Below are positions 47,519-57,414 of a stretch of 64,000 bases of DNA, one piece after another. The notes under the pieces are model-generated. The model was not told where the DNA came from, ran no database searches, and saw only the letters and a program-made list of their open reading frames with translations. The stretch lies in the NCBI GenBank assembly GCA_000004985.1, contig GG738855.1; one strand, written 5' to 3'. Every line of letters starts with the position of its first letter. Position 1 is the stretch's first letter. Origin of the DNA: Naegleria gruberi (lineage: Eukaryota). The translations under genes were made by a program, and so were the position numbers.

Positions 47519-48299
47519 ATGTCAGCTACATTTAATTTCAACTGTACCTATGTTAGACAAAGTGATGGTTTGGTTATTCAATCACAAGCCATGGACAATA
47601 ATGCAACACAATGGCAATGGACATCACCTACCGATCAAGTTTGTGAAGGAAGAATTTTACCAACTAATGAATGGGCTTTCTACTTTAACAATGCTGCACT
47701 CTCACCAACTAATTTGAGAGCTGTTTTGATGAATGTTACGTAAGTGTTTTTAATGTAGTTAGTTCCAATGAATATTTAACTGTCTTTGATGAAATAATTC
47801 GCCTGTCATCATAATTTCACACATTTATTTTCATCCAATCAATAATTCTCTTCTAGTCAAGCTTCACCAACAATCTTACAAGTCAATGCAGTTTTGGGTA
47901 GAACTGCAGAAACCTATTGCCAAACAACAACCGGATCTTCATCATCTTCAAGTACCACTCCTACCACTTCATCAACTTTGGCCGTTCCTCCATCCTACAA
48001 GGATTCAGCCAATAAGACTTGGTTTGTTTCAGGACTCTCCACAACCTTATTCAATGCCACTTGTAGTGATGGTAGAAAGGCAGTTGTTTATTATGCGTAA
48101 GTAATTCTAAATGTTATTTATTCTAATCAATTATTTTAGTTTGTATCCAAATTCAGTACAAACCTCAACTGCTACCTACTCTGTATATGTCAAATTCTAC
48201 AATAGTTCAAATGTTTTGATTGATTTCCAAAGAGGTCAAGGAAATTCCAACATGACTTCAATTGCATTTGATAATAGCTATTCATGGGTTAAACCTTAA
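47519..48299 (+). CDS. Hypothetical ~210-aa N-glycosylation-sequon-rich protein, 3 exons: join(47519..47739, 47857..48096, 48140..48299).
   Basis: GTAAGT donors at 47740 and 48097 and AG acceptors at 47855..47856 and 48138..48139 join three ORF-track fragments in frame. No family recognised and no obvious signal peptide. Confidence 0.4.
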
Positions 48300-48440
48300 A
48301 TTATTGATGTATGATTCAAAATTGTAAATAAAAATTGTATATTAGTTCAACCTATTCAAGTACTTCCTCGTTCAAAACCACCAATCATGGTTTTGGCTTA
48401 TCAAAAATCATTTGCTTAGTTAATCAATTAAGGATCACAT

Positions 48441-48514
48441 GCAGCGATAGATCAGTTGGTTAGATCGTAAGCCTAACACGCTTAAGGTCGCGGGTTCAAG
48501 CCCCGCTCGCTGTA
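48441..48514 (+). tRNA. tRNA-Val (anticodon AAC).
   Basis: Cloverleaf: acceptor GCAGCGA/TCGCTGT (G1-U72 wobble), D-arm GATC/AGTTGGTTA/GATC, anticodon stem TAAGC/GCTTA with loop CTAACAC (AAC at 48475..48477), T-arm GCGGG/TTCAAGC/CCCGC, discriminator A. Confidence 0.75.
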
Positions 48515-49423
48515 ACTTTTAAGGAATTAGCAGCTATTTTAAAGCCACACCACTAATGGATGCATCTCTTTGTTGTAATGGTAGATAATTGATTGTGCGA
48601 GTTGGTAGTTTTTGTTCCTTAATTCTGTTAATGATTCTTTCTACAAGGAATAGTTCTCCAACATGATTCAGTTCCAAATTCAAAATTATTAAAATAATGC
48701 TATACAAACCAACCAAAAATTGTAAAATTCAGTTTTTTTTATTGTAGTTGTTTACAGTGCCTTCAACACTTTATGTTTCACATTGATTTTAGAAATGAAT
48801 GTTGTATAAAATTGTAAACTTAAAGTTACAATTTCTCACCAAATAATTTTGATTTATTAAAAAAGAATTCATCTTTTTTTATCAAAAAGGCCAATTGTCT
48901 ATATTTGCCTTCAACTCGAATAAGGGTTCAACCAATTCTCTCGTTAGCAAGTAACCTTTCGCCCCTTTCAAAAGTTCTTCAAAGCTTTTCGTTGTTACTC
49001 TCCACAGTGAGCAAAAACACGTGCATTGCATTCGATCTTCACACCTGAGGAGCAAACATAATTGTATTGGAATCGTCAAAAGCTACACAACCACTTCACA
49101 CCAAAAAATTCAAGCATACACCACCTCTGTCAAGCTTGTATATCTGGAAGTAATAGAAACTCTGAAGAAGGACTCTCCGTATGCTCTTTATTGGTTCGCC
49201 TTTACATTGTAGCATACCATTCATACTTTGATTTGTTGTGATCCAATTCCGTACTGCTTCTGTTATTGTTGTAGAAGCACTCTCCCCTGCATTGATCAAG
49301 CAAGTACTTTGTCATTCCGTTTCATCATCTAAATAACAAGAAGAGAACAAATTCATATTGTTATTATAATTATTGAATAATCATACCTTCATCATCATCA
49401 TCTGAAAATACTACAATATCATC

Positions 49424-52132
49424 ATGATGGAAGACCAATCACCAACTAATCCTCTTCCTTCTACCATCATGTCTACGGATACAAATACATCAAAAGACAA
49501 GGTTGTATTCATCTATGTTCTCGATAAGGAGAATGAGGAACAACAAGAGGTGCAATATAGACACCTCTCATGTTATGCTCACTATCACGTTCTTAGTACT
49601 TTATTAATCATGGGTTGTAAACAAGGAGATGCTGCTGAAATTAGTGATTTAGTTTTCAAATGGGTCTCAGAAGCACAATACAACCTAAAACTACAACAAC
49701 AAAAACAACAACAATTAGAGAGAGCAAGACATTCATCATCCGAGGAGGAAAATCTCCTCGAAACTGTTGATAATTATTCTGTAAATGAACTAAACGTTGA
49801 AGGAACATACAGCCAACAACAATCTAAACTTCTCAAACCCTTGTTAAATTATAGAGAAAACAACAACATACTACCAACTAGTATTCAACAAGTAATAGTT
49901 GAAGATCACTTGGATTATTCAAGTTGTTCATCAAATGGTGAAAGTGGTAGTGAATCGGAAAGAGAGGATGATAAAGAAGTTATTACGAATGAGGACTTTT
50001 CTATTGATTCTCCGCCAACACTCTCCAACTATCAAGGAGGAATTACATCATCACCTCACAATTGTAATAAGAATAGTGAAGAAGAATCAATAAATCACCT
50101 CCATCAAGACTCTCACAAGAAGGACAGAAAGAAAAAACACAGAAAGTACAAATCCTCTAAATCTCCCTATGATAGTGGTAATGATATTGATGAATCCGAT
50201 CATGAACACCATTCAGACGATAATGTTTCGCTAACCCCTAATCATGAAAAACAATCCACCACAGTGCCATTCTCTAAATCCATATCTGTACCAATCTCTA
50301 ATCACAACAAGAAAGCACTCTTAACTAATCATTCACTAGAAATTCCAATCACTATAGAACAACAAGCATCTGGAAGTTTTGATTCACAAACTTTAGGTAC
50401 ATCACCAAATAATGTAAATAATCCTTTAAGTAAGAAGAGAATTTTGAGATATGACAAGCATTTGAAGAGCAAGTCTTATCTTGTTAGAGAAATTACCTAC
50501 ATGCTCAAACAGAATAGGTCTCTCAAAATTCCACAAACCATCAGTAAGAGACATGAGAGAAATTATGTAATTTTCCTTACCAGATTCCAATTCCAAGAGA
50601 TTATAAGAATTGCTTTGAACGTTTTTGGTTACAGTAGAGCAAATAGAATTAGAGACTTTTCTATTGCTTGCTCAATGCAAGAAAGAAGAAGACCACTAAT
50701 TATTTTATTTGGAGGAACTTCTGGTACTGGTAAAAGTACATTGGCAAGTCTTATTGCAAGTCGTTTAGGTATTACAAAAGTCCTCTCTACTGATAATATT
50801 AGGCACATGCTTAGAGCATTTATTTCTAAAGAAGAGGAACCAGTTTTATTTGCCTCTACCTATCATGCAGGAGAAGCTCTTGTCAATACACAAGAAGGAA
50901 AGGAACTGAAAGATAAAATGTCACCAGATGAATTAACTGTTGAAGGATTTAGAAGACAATGCAAATTGGTCATTGAACAATTAGAAAAAATCATTGAACA
51001 AGCAATTGAACGTAATGAGGGACTTGTAGTGGAAGGTGTTCACTTATTGACTGATTTTATTGTGGAACTTATGAAAAAGCATCCAACTAGTATCCTACCA
51101 TATATTATTTATATTAGTAATCAACAAAAACATAAGGAAAGATTTGCTATCAGAGCAAAATACATGACTCTCGAACCTAGGAACAACAAATATGTCAAAT
51201 ATTTCCAAAACATTAGACAAATTCAAAAGTATTTATATGATAGAGCTGAGGTTTATAATGTACCAAAAATTGATAACACAAATATCGATCGTTCTATTGC
51301 AGCAATTCATGGCAGTGTATTCAAGTCTATGAAGATGGTCTTTGAAAATAAGAAATTATTTAATTATGAAACTGGCAAATGTTCCTCAGTACATCCTAAA
51401 TCTCTTTTCGATAAGAAACATCAACATTGGTCTTCCAAGAGAATGCTTCAAGCTCTTCAAAAGAAACGAGTCTCTCTAGAAATTAAGGGATTAGCTGAAG
51501 CCTCAACAGTCCCAATAGTAGAAACTGAATTAATAATCCAAACTGATTCTTCCTCAACCAATACTCCAATAATCTCCAATTCATCCATTACCATTCCTCC
51601 TCTTGTACACACCAAATCATCATCAATAGAATCATCCAATACTGAAGAAATTACAGAAACTGTACTTGGAAAGGAAACTAGCAGTAGTAGTGAGGGCGAG
51701 GCAGACGATAAGACAACTCTCTCCAATAGATCGTCAAGAAGGAAAAAGACTCTTACTCTCACTAAGAAAAATGTTGTCTTTGCACCAAATGAACCCTCAC
51801 ACGATAATCAAAAACCTGAATTGGAGGAAAGTTTGGAAATAACTAGAGAAATGCAAGAAAATGTAGAGACTCTGGAAGACCCTGAATCAATATCGCCCAC
51901 AATTGTGAAACCAATTTCTGCTCTTAAAAAGAAGAAGAAGAAATTGGTTGAAGAATTAATCAATCGTCCAGACAGTCCAGAGGAACCACCTCAAACTCCA
52001 CAAAATGGGGAAACTGACACAAACGATACTCCTAAATACAATTACTATACAACAAGTGAAGGTGTTTGCAGTTTGTCAGAAAGAGATCAAGATTTTGAAT
52101 ATGGCCAATGGATTGAAATGGATACATCCTAA
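49424..52132 (+). CDS. 2-phosphoglycerate-kinase-like P-loop NTPase domain protein (plant LPA1-like), 902 aa, with a long low-complexity N-terminus.
   Basis: Walker A and flanking block LIILFGGTSGTGKSTLASLIASRLGITKVLSTDNIRHMLRAF matches the 2-PGK/LPA1 P-loop family. The rest is disordered and Ser/Asn/Glu-rich. Confidence 0.7.
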   Translation: MMEDQSPTNPLPSTIMSTDTNTSKDKVVFIYVLDKENEEQQEVQYRHLSCYAHYHVLSTLLIMGCKQGDAAEISDLVFKWVSEAQYNLKLQQQKQQQLERARHSSSEEENLLETVDNYSVNELNVEGTYSQQQSKLLKPLLNYRENNNILPTSIQQVIVEDHLDYSSCSSNGESGSESEREDDKEVITNEDFSIDSPPTLSNYQGGITSSPHNCNKNSEEESINHLHQDSHKKDRKKKHRKYKSSKSPYDSGNDIDESDHEHHSDDNVSLTPNHEKQSTTVPFSKSISVPISNHNKKALLTNHSLEIPITIEQQASGSFDSQTLGTSPNNVNNPLSKKRILRYDKHLKSKSYLVREITYMLKQNRSLKIPQTISKRHERNYVIFLTRFQFQEIIRIALNVFGYSRANRIRDFSIACSMQERRRPLIILFGGTSGTGKSTLASLIASRLGITKVLSTDNIRHMLRAFISKEEEPVLFASTYHAGEALVNTQEGKELKDKMSPDELTVEGFRRQCKLVIEQLEKIIEQAIERNEGLVVEGVHLLTDFIVELMKKHPTSILPYIIYISNQQKHKERFAIRAKYMTLEPRNNKYVKYFQNIRQIQKYLYDRAEVYNVPKIDNTNIDRSIAAIHGSVFKSMKMVFENKKLFNYETGKCSSVHPKSLFDKKHQHWSSKRMLQALQKKRVSLEIKGLAEASTVPIVETELIIQTDSSSTNTPIISNSSITIPPLVHTKSSSIESSNTEEITETVLGKETSSSSEGEADDKTTLSNRSSRRKKTLTLTKKNVVFAPNEPSHDNQKPELEESLEITREMQENVETLEDPESISPTIVKPISALKKKKKKLVEELINRPDSPEEPPQTPQNGETDTNDTPKYNYYTTSEGVCSLSERDQDFEYGQWIEMDTS

Positions 52133-52337
52133 ATAAAACTGTAATGACAAATACTTTAGTCGATTAGTGTTGTTTGTTTCAAGACCACATTATGAGAATC
52201 CAATTAAACAATCAACACCATTGTAACCTGTTCGGAAAATTGGTCAAGCTCTTGGACATCCGAGAGCAAGCTTCAATTATGCATCAAACAAATCAACAAG
52301 TCGTTTTATATGCATGAAAATAATCAACATAAAAAAA

Positions 52338-54107
52338 ATGTCCTCCACCATTACCACTCTCAATCAGAGTGTACAATCAAGAATAGATTCTTTAAATGAT
52401 CAGTTGAAGGATATTAAACCTCTCACTCTAATTTTTTATACAACAGCCACCATTGCTTCAACATATTACGGAAAACAATTATGGGAAGCCTCCAAGGAAC
52501 ATCCAAATGGATTGAGTGGAGTTCTTCTCGGAACAATTTTAAAAACTGTTAGAAAATTACCAATGGTTGATTCCAAAATTCAAGAAACACTTGCAAAAAT
52601 TTCAAAGGAGATCAAATTGTCTTTTAAAAAAGGAATTGAACAAGAAGAATACAATGAAAAATTACCATTAGAAGGAATTCCATATCCACAATTATTGAGC
52701 TTACTTAAAAAAATGAAACAACTCGATGGTAAAAAGGTATCTCAAAAGAAATTATCTGGTGTTGTATATATTGATGCTACAGATGATTCAAATGATGAAG
52801 AGGACTCTTTAAGTGTAAATGATCAAGTTGTGTCACAAAGTAGTACTGATCCTCTTGCATTTAGAAAATATCATGAAGACCTCCTTGCCAAAACCTATCG
52901 TTATTTCATGCATACCAATCCATTGCATTCAGATTGTTTCCTCTACACCAGAAAAATGGAGGCAGAAGTTATTAGAATGACTGGAGCCATTATGAATGGA
53001 TCCTACAATAAGGAGACAGGAGAGGGTATTGTTGGTACCACCACAAGTGGAGGTACAGAGTCTATTATTATGGCATTGAAGGCCTATCGTGATCAAGCTA
53101 GACATGAAAAGCCATGGATCAAGCAACCAGAAGTTGTTGCTCCAAGAACTGTCCACTGTGCTTTCGAAAAGGGATGTCACTATTTGGGCATCAAGTTGAG
53201 ACATGTCGAAGTGGATTTGAATACTTTCAAAGTTAGAATGGATTTGGTTAAAAAGGCTATCAATTCCAATACTATTTTATTAGTGGGATCTGCTCCATGC
53301 TACGGCCAAGGTATTATAGATCCAATTGAAGAATTGAGTGAATTGGCTCTCAAGAATGGACTAGGTTTGCATGTTGATTGTTGTCTTGGAGGTTTTGTTG
53401 TTCCATTTGCCAAGAAGCTTGGTTTTGATTTGGGTCTTAAAGATTTTGATTTTACCTTGCCAGGTGTAACTAGTATGAGTGTTGACACTCACAAATATGG
53501 ACTAGCTCCAAAAGGTAGCAGTGTTCTATTGTTCAGATCCAGAGAATTGAGAAAGTACATGTACTTTGTTACTACAAATTGGATGGGTGGTGTTTATGCT
53601 ACTCCTATCTTCTCTGGTAGTCGAAGTGGTGCACTTGTTGCTACTGCTTGGGCCAGTTTGATGCATGTGGGAGAAAAGGGCTATTTGGAGGCTACTAGAA
53701 GAATTGTAACAACTGTTCAAAAGATTAAGAAGGGAGTTCAACAAGAAATACCAGAAATTAGGGTATGTGGTGATCCAAAAGCTATGGTGATTGCCTTTGA
53801 AACCAATACTCAAGTGAGTAAAATTGATATTTACCAGGTTATGGACTTCCTCTCCCATAGAGGTTGGAGTTTGAATCCACTTCAATTCCCTGCCTCTATT
53901 CACTTGTGTGTAACCCTGAATACTGCCACAGATGAGAAGGCCAATGAATTCATCCAAGACATGAAGGATGCTGTCAAGGAGGTCAGTACTCATCCAGAGA
54001 ATGTAAAGGGTTCAGCACCAATGTATGGATTGGCAATTTCCATCCCAGATCGTTCCATTATTGATAGTATGATCACCAATGTAGTTGATGCCATGTTGGA
54101 TCTCTAA
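52338..54107 (+). CDS. SGPL1: Sphingosine-1-phosphate lyase (PLP-dependent, group II decarboxylase fold).
   Basis: GTTTSGGTESI, the PLP-lysine motif SVDTHKYG and overall collinearity with S1P lyases. N-terminal TM segment. Start at the A-rich ATG at 52338 (the ORF opens at 52314). Confidence 0.85.
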   Translation: MSSTITTLNQSVQSRIDSLNDQLKDIKPLTLIFYTTATIASTYYGKQLWEASKEHPNGLSGVLLGTILKTVRKLPMVDSKIQETLAKISKEIKLSFKKGIEQEEYNEKLPLEGIPYPQLLSLLKKMKQLDGKKVSQKKLSGVVYIDATDDSNDEEDSLSVNDQVVSQSSTDPLAFRKYHEDLLAKTYRYFMHTNPLHSDCFLYTRKMEAEVIRMTGAIMNGSYNKETGEGIVGTTTSGGTESIIMALKAYRDQARHEKPWIKQPEVVAPRTVHCAFEKGCHYLGIKLRHVEVDLNTFKVRMDLVKKAINSNTILLVGSAPCYGQGIIDPIEELSELALKNGLGLHVDCCLGGFVVPFAKKLGFDLGLKDFDFTLPGVTSMSVDTHKYGLAPKGSSVLLFRSRELRKYMYFVTTNWMGGVYATPIFSGSRSGALVATAWASLMHVGEKGYLEATRRIVTTVQKIKKGVQQEIPEIRVCGDPKAMVIAFETNTQVSKIDIYQVMDFLSHRGWSLNPLQFPASIHLCVTLNTATDEKANEFIQDMKDAVKEVSTHPENVKGSAPMYGLAISIPDRSIIDSMITNVVDAMLDL

Positions 54108-54237
54108 TTTTGAGACAAGCAATGTGTGAAATTTTCCTGTTGGCCCATTCAAATTTTCCTTACATCAGAGTGTATATCCGGCTCGACACTGGAAAAAAAA
54201 TAAAACTGTTTTTGTTTTTATTGGAAAACTTTGTTAA

Positions 54238-55834
54238 TTATTTGGATGGGTGTTCGCAAAGGGTATCATTATGTAAAGCACACATCCAGTAACCACATTG
54301 GGTACATTTTGTGTGCACTCTTGAGTTGTTACAGTAGTGGCAATTGTGGTAATGATGATCATTGACTTTTACATGTGTATGGGGCTGAGTCAATTTTCTC
54401 CCTACATTATCAACTTGAGCACCACCTTTTCTTGCTAATTCAATAGCAAGCATCGAGAGGTACGAAACTAATGTTGTGTTGGGGTCGACAGCTTCCTTGT
54501 AAAAGATCCAACAATTTGTGACTGCTACTCGAAAAATTCCGAACCAAGCTGCATTTGTCCACCTATGCATCCGATGTGATCCATTGTAAAGATGGGCATA
54601 CCGATCAGACACATCCACATTAACATGGTTCTGCTCATACACTGCCTTCACACTAGGGTGTTCATTTCCTCTAGTTTTGGTTTGTTCAATAGATACTTCA
54701 TTTGTTACAAAGTTTACAACTTTTTTATCAGAAAATCTAATAACAACAAAATCACCATTAGTGACCGAAACCCAATCACCTTTTTCCAATGTATACTCAT
54801 TGAGTATCTGGTTACATGGTTTTCCAAGTCGATTACTCATGCAGTTCATTGTGAAACGAAATCCCATTAAATTCAAAACTGCAGCCGTCTTGTAGTGCCC
54901 GAAGTAAGAATCAACACAAATACTATAATTTCTGGATGGTAGGGCTTGTACAAAATCCCAGACAAGTATATGGACAGGTGGTTGATGACCACAGTATGGC
55001 CAAAGACGATACACGAACCATTTACTATCTGACATTAAATAAAGCTTCACACCAGTGTTAGTGGGTTTTCCTTTAATGTGTTGTTTAAAGCGATACCTAC
55101 CATCAAATTCTATCAATGTTTCATCGACAGCAATTCTTCGGAAGGATCCAAATCACCTTGGAAATTATATTAAATATTCTTGTAAAATGATGAGGGTTTG
55201 CTCTGAAGTGTCTATTGATGTAAAGAAAGTCATCTCGGTTGTTCCAAATATTCTTGATGAATTGGTTACTGGTCAGAAGTGATGTAGAGAAGTATAAATC
55301 CAACTCAGGAAGAGGAGCGAGCATTATTGTGATAATAGTTGCAAAATAGAGGTAAATGTCAGACAAGGTGATTATCTTGCTGAGTGGTAAAGAAGTCACA
55401 TCCTCGTGTTCATCAACACTTTCTTCAGGTAGAGAAGGTATGATAACTTGATCGTCTTCATCAAGTTGTTCATTGTCTTCCGAATTATTTTGAACATGTT
55501 TTCCATACCACTCTTTAATGTGATCACCTTGGTCATCAAAATCCGTTGTTGATGGCTTGTGTGGATGGTTACATAGATCAACTATTCCATCCATTAACTC
55601 ATCAGTCAAGTACTGCTCCAAACATTTAAGAGGAGTCATTGAATTCAAGTGATTGCCATGACCAACAGGGCCTTCCGATACCTGTTTGAATGTCATCTCC
55701 TTTTCAAAAAATTCATAATCACTCCATCCCAAACTGTGTAAAAATTCACTGTGTTGGTTGATGTCCTCTAGAGTAATATTATGAGGTTTGTTCATTACTA
55801 GTTGGTGTGATGATGAAGAAAATATACCATCCAA
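54238..55834 (-). pseudogene. piggyBac transposase-like coding sequence (~530 aa) with a frame disruption near 55117..55125 (possibly decayed or domesticated).
   Basis: Conserved piggyBac blocks: PLKCLEQYLTDELMDGIVDLCN, IAVDETLIEFDGRYRFKQHIKGKPTNTGVKLYLMSDS, and the C-terminal Cys-rich zinc finger HNCHYCNNSRVHTKCTQCGYWMCALH. The N-terminal and C-terminal halves lie in different frames, separated by a TGA. The ORF-track M at 55116 is a TTG. Confidence 0.6.
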
Positions 55835-55846
55835 AGTTGATGCTGA

Positions 55847-55879
55847 CTTTGTAAAAAACGGTATTTTTTTTTACAAAAG
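55847..55879. repeat. Near-perfect palindrome CTTTGTAAAAAA-N8-TTTTTTACAAAAG immediately 5' of the transposase-like ATG.
   Basis: 12-nt arms, reverse-complementary apart from one extra A, read directly from the sequence. Confidence 0.5.
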
Positions 55880-56177
55880 TGAACCAACTATACCACCATC
55901 CATATAAGGACACGATCATCAAAATGAAAAAAACAAACTTCAACATCTTTATGAAAATGCAAACACATTGCCCCATTCCGATGATTGCACCCAATAATCA
56001 AGTTTAAACAGCACGTGGCGAGCCTGATATATCAATTATTATTATTTATTAAGTGGACTATCAATTATAAACCGACCATTTTACAGTAATCATTATCAAT
56101 GGCTGTATATGTTGTTGGAACAGGAGCACTGGTAATCTTGCTCCCTTTCACACCACAGTGAACCTCATCATAAAAAA

Positions 56178-57410
56178 ATGTCTGTAAGCCGTGTCGTTCT
56201 TGCCCTCTTCCTTATTGCCATCTTGATGGTGTGTGTTGAGACTAAGGTTATAGTTCGTGATATTTTGAAGGAGAAGAAAGCTCAACTCGAACAAGTTAAG
56301 GATGCCATTCAATATAACAAGATTCTTTTGGAAAGTGTTGAATCATTCCGTACTGGAAGTGATAACATTGATTCCTATGTTCTTCAAAATACGCTCAATG
56401 CTAAGAGTTTGGCAGAGGCTGAACAAGCTTTATCTTTGGAAATTAGAGTTTTGCAAGCCCGATGTGATAAGTTTGCTGGTGATATGTGTGAAGCTACAAC
56501 AACAACAAACACTGTCAAGCCACCAGTTATTACAACACTTTCTGTTGATCCAAAACCAGTTAAGCCATCTACAAATAGTACCGTTAAACTACCAGTTAAA
56601 CCAGTTGTTGGTTTACCAAAGCCAGCTGTTAATTCAGTTGTTACTTGCTTCGGTGTAAAATCTACTGATCCAAAGGTCTGCAATGGTAACGGTGTTTGTT
56701 CAAAGAAGGATACATGCACTTGTAATAGATCTCATAGTGGAAAGGACTGTAAGGAATCATTCCTTCCAGCAGTTAAGCCAGTTTCCCCAACCAATACTAC
56801 CAAACCAAGTACTCCAGCCAAACCACCAGTTAAACCACTTTCTGTTGATCCAAAACCAGTTAAGCCATCTACAAATAGTACCATTAAACCACCAGTTAAG
56901 CCAGTTGTTAACAATACAACCAAACCAATTGAGCCAACCAAGCCAACTAAGCCAGTTACTCCAGTTAAGCCAGTTGCCCCAACCAATACTACCAAACCAG
57001 CTACTGGAATGGTCACTCATTCTGTAGCACCAACCTTGCCAATCAGTTCAAGCAACTCTACTGCTACTCCAAAGACAGTTAGGCCAACCAAACCAGCTAC
57101 TAAATCAGCCAAGAAAACCAAGTCAGTTAAGCAAAGAAAGGTTTCAACAAAATCAGCACTTAAGCCAAGAAAACCAGCCGCCAAGGCAACAAAGGCAGCT
57201 AAACCAGTTAAACTAGCTACCAAGCCAGCCACCAGATCAGGACTAAACAAAAAAGCAAAACCTACAACCAAATCAGTTAAGCCAAGAAAGGTTTCAACAA
57301 AATCAACTGTTAAGGCGGCTAAACCAGCTAAACCAACCAAACCTGCTACTACAGCCACACCAGCCCAACCAACCACACCAACTCAACCAAGCACACCAAA
57401 TAAGAAATAA
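56178..57410 (+). CDS. Secreted 410-aa protein: signal peptide, coiled-coil segment, one EGF-like Cys module, then a Pro/Thr/Lys-rich mucin- or histone-H1-like repetitive tail.
   Basis: N-terminal MSVSRVVLALFLIAILMVCVETK signal peptide. Module CFGVKSTDPKVCNGNGVCSKKDTCTCNRSHSGKDC. Long PTK repeats (KPVKP, TKPAT...). Confidence 0.65.
   Translation: MSVSRVVLALFLIAILMVCVETKVIVRDILKEKKAQLEQVKDAIQYNKILLESVESFRTGSDNIDSYVLQNTLNAKSLAEAEQALSLEIRVLQARCDKFAGDMCEATTTTNTVKPPVITTLSVDPKPVKPSTNSTVKLPVKPVVGLPKPAVNSVVTCFGVKSTDPKVCNGNGVCSKKDTCTCNRSHSGKDCKESFLPAVKPVSPTNTTKPSTPAKPPVKPLSVDPKPVKPSTNSTIKPPVKPVVNNTTKPIEPTKPTKPVTPVKPVAPTNTTKPATGMVTHSVAPTLPISSSNSTATPKTVRPTKPATKSAKKTKSVKQRKVSTKSALKPRKPAAKATKAAKPVKLATKPATRSGLNKKAKPTTKSVKPRKVSTKSTVKAAKPAKPTKPATTATPAQPTTPTQPSTPNKK
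56520..56909 (+). repeat. Internal direct repeat, two ~90-nt copies about 300 nt apart (56520..56609 and 56823..56909), encoding LSVDPKPVKPSTNST(V/I)K(L/P)PVKPVV.
   Basis: A 42-nt block (tctgttgatccaaaaccagttaagccatctacaaatagtacc) is identical in both copies; the flanks are ~85-90% identical. Confidence 0.7.
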
Positions 57411-57414
57411 ATAT

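Larger units (their letters stand above)
54173..56031 (-). mobile_element. piggyBac-like DNA transposon remnant (~1.86 kb): transposase-like coding region bounded by 17-bp imperfect inverted repeats.
   Basis: Left inverted repeat TATATCCGGCTCGACAC (54173..54189) versus the reverse complement of the right repeat TATATCAGGCTCGCCAC (56015..56031): 15/17 identical. The internal ORFs encode a piggyBac transposase-like protein. Confidence 0.55.

Noticed and set aside
52240-52275. Apparent palindrome AAGCTCTTGG...GAGAGCAAGCTT upstream of the S1P lyase gene.
   Set aside because: The arms are imperfect (several mismatches) on close reading. Not distinguishable from chance in AT-rich promoter DNA.
55114-55116. 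ORF-track Met start of the transposase C-terminal ORF.
   Set aside because: The codon at this position is TTG, not ATG. The track apparently translates alternative starts as M. The ORF is the continuation of the frame-disrupted transposase rather than an independent start.
56302-57376. Several 90-120 aa ORFs in other frames and on the antisense strand inside the secreted PTK-repeat gene (for example 56683..57027 +, 57017..57376 -).
   Set aside because: They are products of the low-complexity repetitive coding sequence, which leaves other frames open. The sense-frame protein has a signal peptide and EGF module.
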